NCBI GenBank assembly: GCA_943788195.1
Contig: CALSPH010000001.1
Coordinates: 829,467-893,466 of the forward strand
Direction: 5' to 3'
From: an uncultured Bacteroidia bacterium
GTDB lineage: Bacteria > Bacteroidota > Bacteroidia > NS11-12g > UBA955
Length of the DNA: 64,000 nt
The position numbers and the translations under genes were made by a program. How positions within the stretch are numbered: the stretch's first letter is position 1; each line of letters opens with the position of its first letter. Of this stretch, positions 62,149 to 64,000 are shown in pieces. Under the pieces are notes generated by a model that saw only the letters and a list, made by a program, of their open reading frames with translations, was not told the DNA's origin and ran no database searches.

Positions 62149-63479
62149 GCATAAGCGCTTGCAGCACTTATACGGGTCGTATTATGGCTTTGCAATGCAG
62201 AGACTGCTGAGTTGAAGTTGCCAATCCCATTTACATAGCTATACCCACTGCGTTCTGCTGTGGCAGAGCTGGTCAATAGAGATTGTTGACTGGTATAAAT
62301 TCCACTCATTCTACTACTTGCAAAAGATGAAGTAATAAATGACTTGATATGGGTCTTATAGGTTGCTTCATATGTATTATCCGCAATCAAGAAGCTGAGT
62401 AAAGGCCAGTCTGTGCCAACTTCGGACATGCTCAACGATACTGCACCACCTTGTTTACCCGTTTGAAACGCTTCATTATTATCCCATACAATCCATTTAA
62501 TTAATCCATCTTTTGGATCGTGATAGAGATAATAATTATGGCTCATTTTACCATTCGTATCCCAGTTTTGAATGGTGTTATTTACCGCCAAGTATTTAAG
62601 AAACCCATCTACATCAAACACCCTTTCTAAATTACTTCTCCATTGTGCAGCATCCGAAGTACGTAAAGAAGAATGTAAAATGTCATACATTTCTTGGATT
62701 TCACTTCGGTCCGCTATAGTTTCATTCGTCTTTAACTCAAAATCATTCAGTGTAAAATTACTTGCGGCAAATTGTGCTCCATCGCCATCAGGTTTATAGC
62801 AGTTGCCCGAATTACTGCCAAACCAATCATCTAGAAAGGTATCGTCTACCATTTCGAGGACCGTATATAATCCATAGTATTCTAAGGTCCCAGAACCATT
62901 GTCTATATAAATTTCGTAAAATACGGTTCGTACTGCTGGAACCCCAAAATCTCTAAATACATCGCAGGCAGACTTTTCTCGCATCAATGCGGCATCATTA
63001 TAATTACTGCTTAAAGAAAGGTCTTTAAAACCGTAGAACCGCTGGTTTTGAATTTCTGGAAACTCATCTTCCCATTTATCAAATTTTAAGCGCAAAGGAA
63101 GTTTGCCACTTCGTGCATTAAGGGAGGAATTGCCTTTATATCTAATTCCCACATTGTTCCATACTAAATCATTGAACCTTACAATACAATGAAAATAGTC
63201 TGGATTTTCATCATTAAACTGTCCAGGAGGTCCTCCACCTCTTTGTTTCGTGCTTAAGTCAGTTTGCATGGCCTGCCATTCAGCTGAAGTAAAAATGAAC
63301 TCGAGACGGTTCACTTTTGATTCATCAAAAACGATTTTATAATTTGCAGGAAATCCATTGGAATGACTGGCAGAATTGACAATAACATCACTATCTGCTA
63401 CAAAAATTTGTTTTTTGCAACCAGGTACAACGATAAAAAGTAGTGCAGCAATTGAAATATTTATTAATACTCTTTTCAT
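62142..63479 (-). CDS. CotH kinase family lipoprotein
   Basis: Lipobox VPGC, VGIRYKGNSS, YGLY...E, CYK, NWD...HNYYLY and WD.N.AF. Confidence 0.9.
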   Translation of the reverse strand: MKRVLINISIAALLFIVVPGCKKQIFVADSDVIVNSASHSNGFPANYKIVFDESKVNRLEFIFTSAEWQAMQTDLSTKQRGGGPPGQFNDENPDYFHCIVRFNDLVWNNVGIRYKGNSSLNARSGKLPLRLKFDKWEDEFPEIQNQRFYGFKDLSLSSNYNDAALMREKSACDVFRDFGVPAVRTVFYEIYIDNGSGTLEYYGLYTVLEMVDDTFLDDWFGSNSGNCYKPDGDGAQFAASNFTLNDFELKTNETIADRSEIQEMYDILHSSLRTSDAAQWRSNLERVFDVDGFLKYLAVNNTIQNWDTNGKMSHNYYLYHDPKDGLIKWIVWDNNEAFQTGKQGGAVSLSMSEVGTDWPLLSFLIADNTYEATYKTHIKSFITSSFASSRMSGIYTSQQSLLTSSATAERSGYSYVNGIGNFNSAVSALQSHNTTRISAASAYAQ

Positions 63480-64000
63480 TTCTTTTTTCTTTTTAAGGTG
63501 TATTGGTAGTTGAAGCCAATTACGTTCGTCAATTGCGGGTAGCTCTTATTAAGCTCTTTTTCCATTCTAAAAAAGAAGCTCAATTCTCCTGCTTTCTTTG
63601 TCTCATAACTAGTTCCAATGGTTCCTCTTATTTTACTAAAGGCCCCATTCGTTCCAATGGTTCTAAAAATCTCGCCAGAAAGAACCGGGTCAATTTTCCA
63701 TTTTTTTATATTGTACGCTCCGCCAACTTTAAGCCTCAATTTTTTAGTAGGGTCATTATTGATAGAGGCTGTTTGGCCCATCTCTTTGCTACTTTGATAC
63801 TGAAATCTGTATTTGAACTCAAATCGATTCACTTTATGACTGAACTGAGCGTTTAGTGCATGTCTTAAATGGTTTTCATAGCCTTGAACTTTACCTTCAT
63901 TGTCATTGGATCGTATAAAACGAAGTTCTGCACCAAGCTTTAATGGCTTTGCTATTTTGTAGGTAAAGAAACCTTCCGTAAAGTATTTGTCTACTTCTGA
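63476..64000 (-). CDS. DUF2490 family outer-membrane protein (5' end lies outside the window)
   Basis: Frame is open to the window edge (SEVDKYFTE...GYENHLR...RFQYQ...DP..SGEIF...K.R...G..Y). ATGA overlap with the CotH gene. Confidence 0.75.
   Translation of the reverse strand, partial: SEVDKYFTEGFFTYKIAKPLKLGAELRFIRSNDNEGKVQGYENHLRHALNAQFSHKVNRFEFKYRFQYQSSKEMGQTASINNDPTKKLRLKVGGAYNIKKWKIDPVLSGEIFRTIGTNGAFSKIRGTIGTSYETKKAGELSFFFRMEKELNKSYPQLTNVIGFNYQYTLKRKKK

Noticed and set aside
1-64000. CRISPR array, rRNA, IS element, prophage or retron
   Set aside because: Reading by eye, I recognised no spaced direct repeats, rRNA-like tract, transposase, reverse transcriptase or phage gene. Small ncRNAs could have been missed without a covariance-model search.

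Overview
A 64 kb, AT-rich, gene-dense segment of a Bacteroidota chromosome. The assignment rests on TAnnTTTG promoters, T9SS C-terminal domains, a PorV-like barrel, and BT_3928, DUF1599 and DUF2490 families. Most of it is housekeeping: the dnaE 3' end, uvrC, metG, tRNA-Leu(GAG), folA, tyrS, meaB, gcvH, accD, class I aldolase, lgt, gatB, alaS, pdxJ, dnaN, prmA, thyA, hup, aroK and folP, mixed with envelope and secreted proteins. I found no CRISPR array, rRNA, integrase, transposase or prophage gene. There are two kinds of broken gene. Single-base indels, mostly in short homopolymer runs, look like assembly errors (alpha-2-macroglobulin/pbpC, AlbA_2, DUF6089). In-frame TAA codons and truncations look like real decay (a PorV2-like gene, a remnant at 21.7-22.2 kb, and a spliced SBBP-type/TANFOR-type locus at 41.6-44.9 kb). 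I see no clearly new multi-gene system. The best leads are: (1) a TANFOR-like/FN3/beta-barrel single-chain fusion; (2) a barrel + HhH-barrel + S1/P1 nuclease operon; (3) a sigma-54-type promoter plus a perfect Shine-Dalgarno on a CTD-only T9SS miniprotein; (4) a folA stop codon that shares a base with the tRNA 5' end; (5) many apparently leaderless transcripts; (6) a ~130 aa insert in the BT_3928 protein. All family calls come from recognising motifs by eye; no searches were run.
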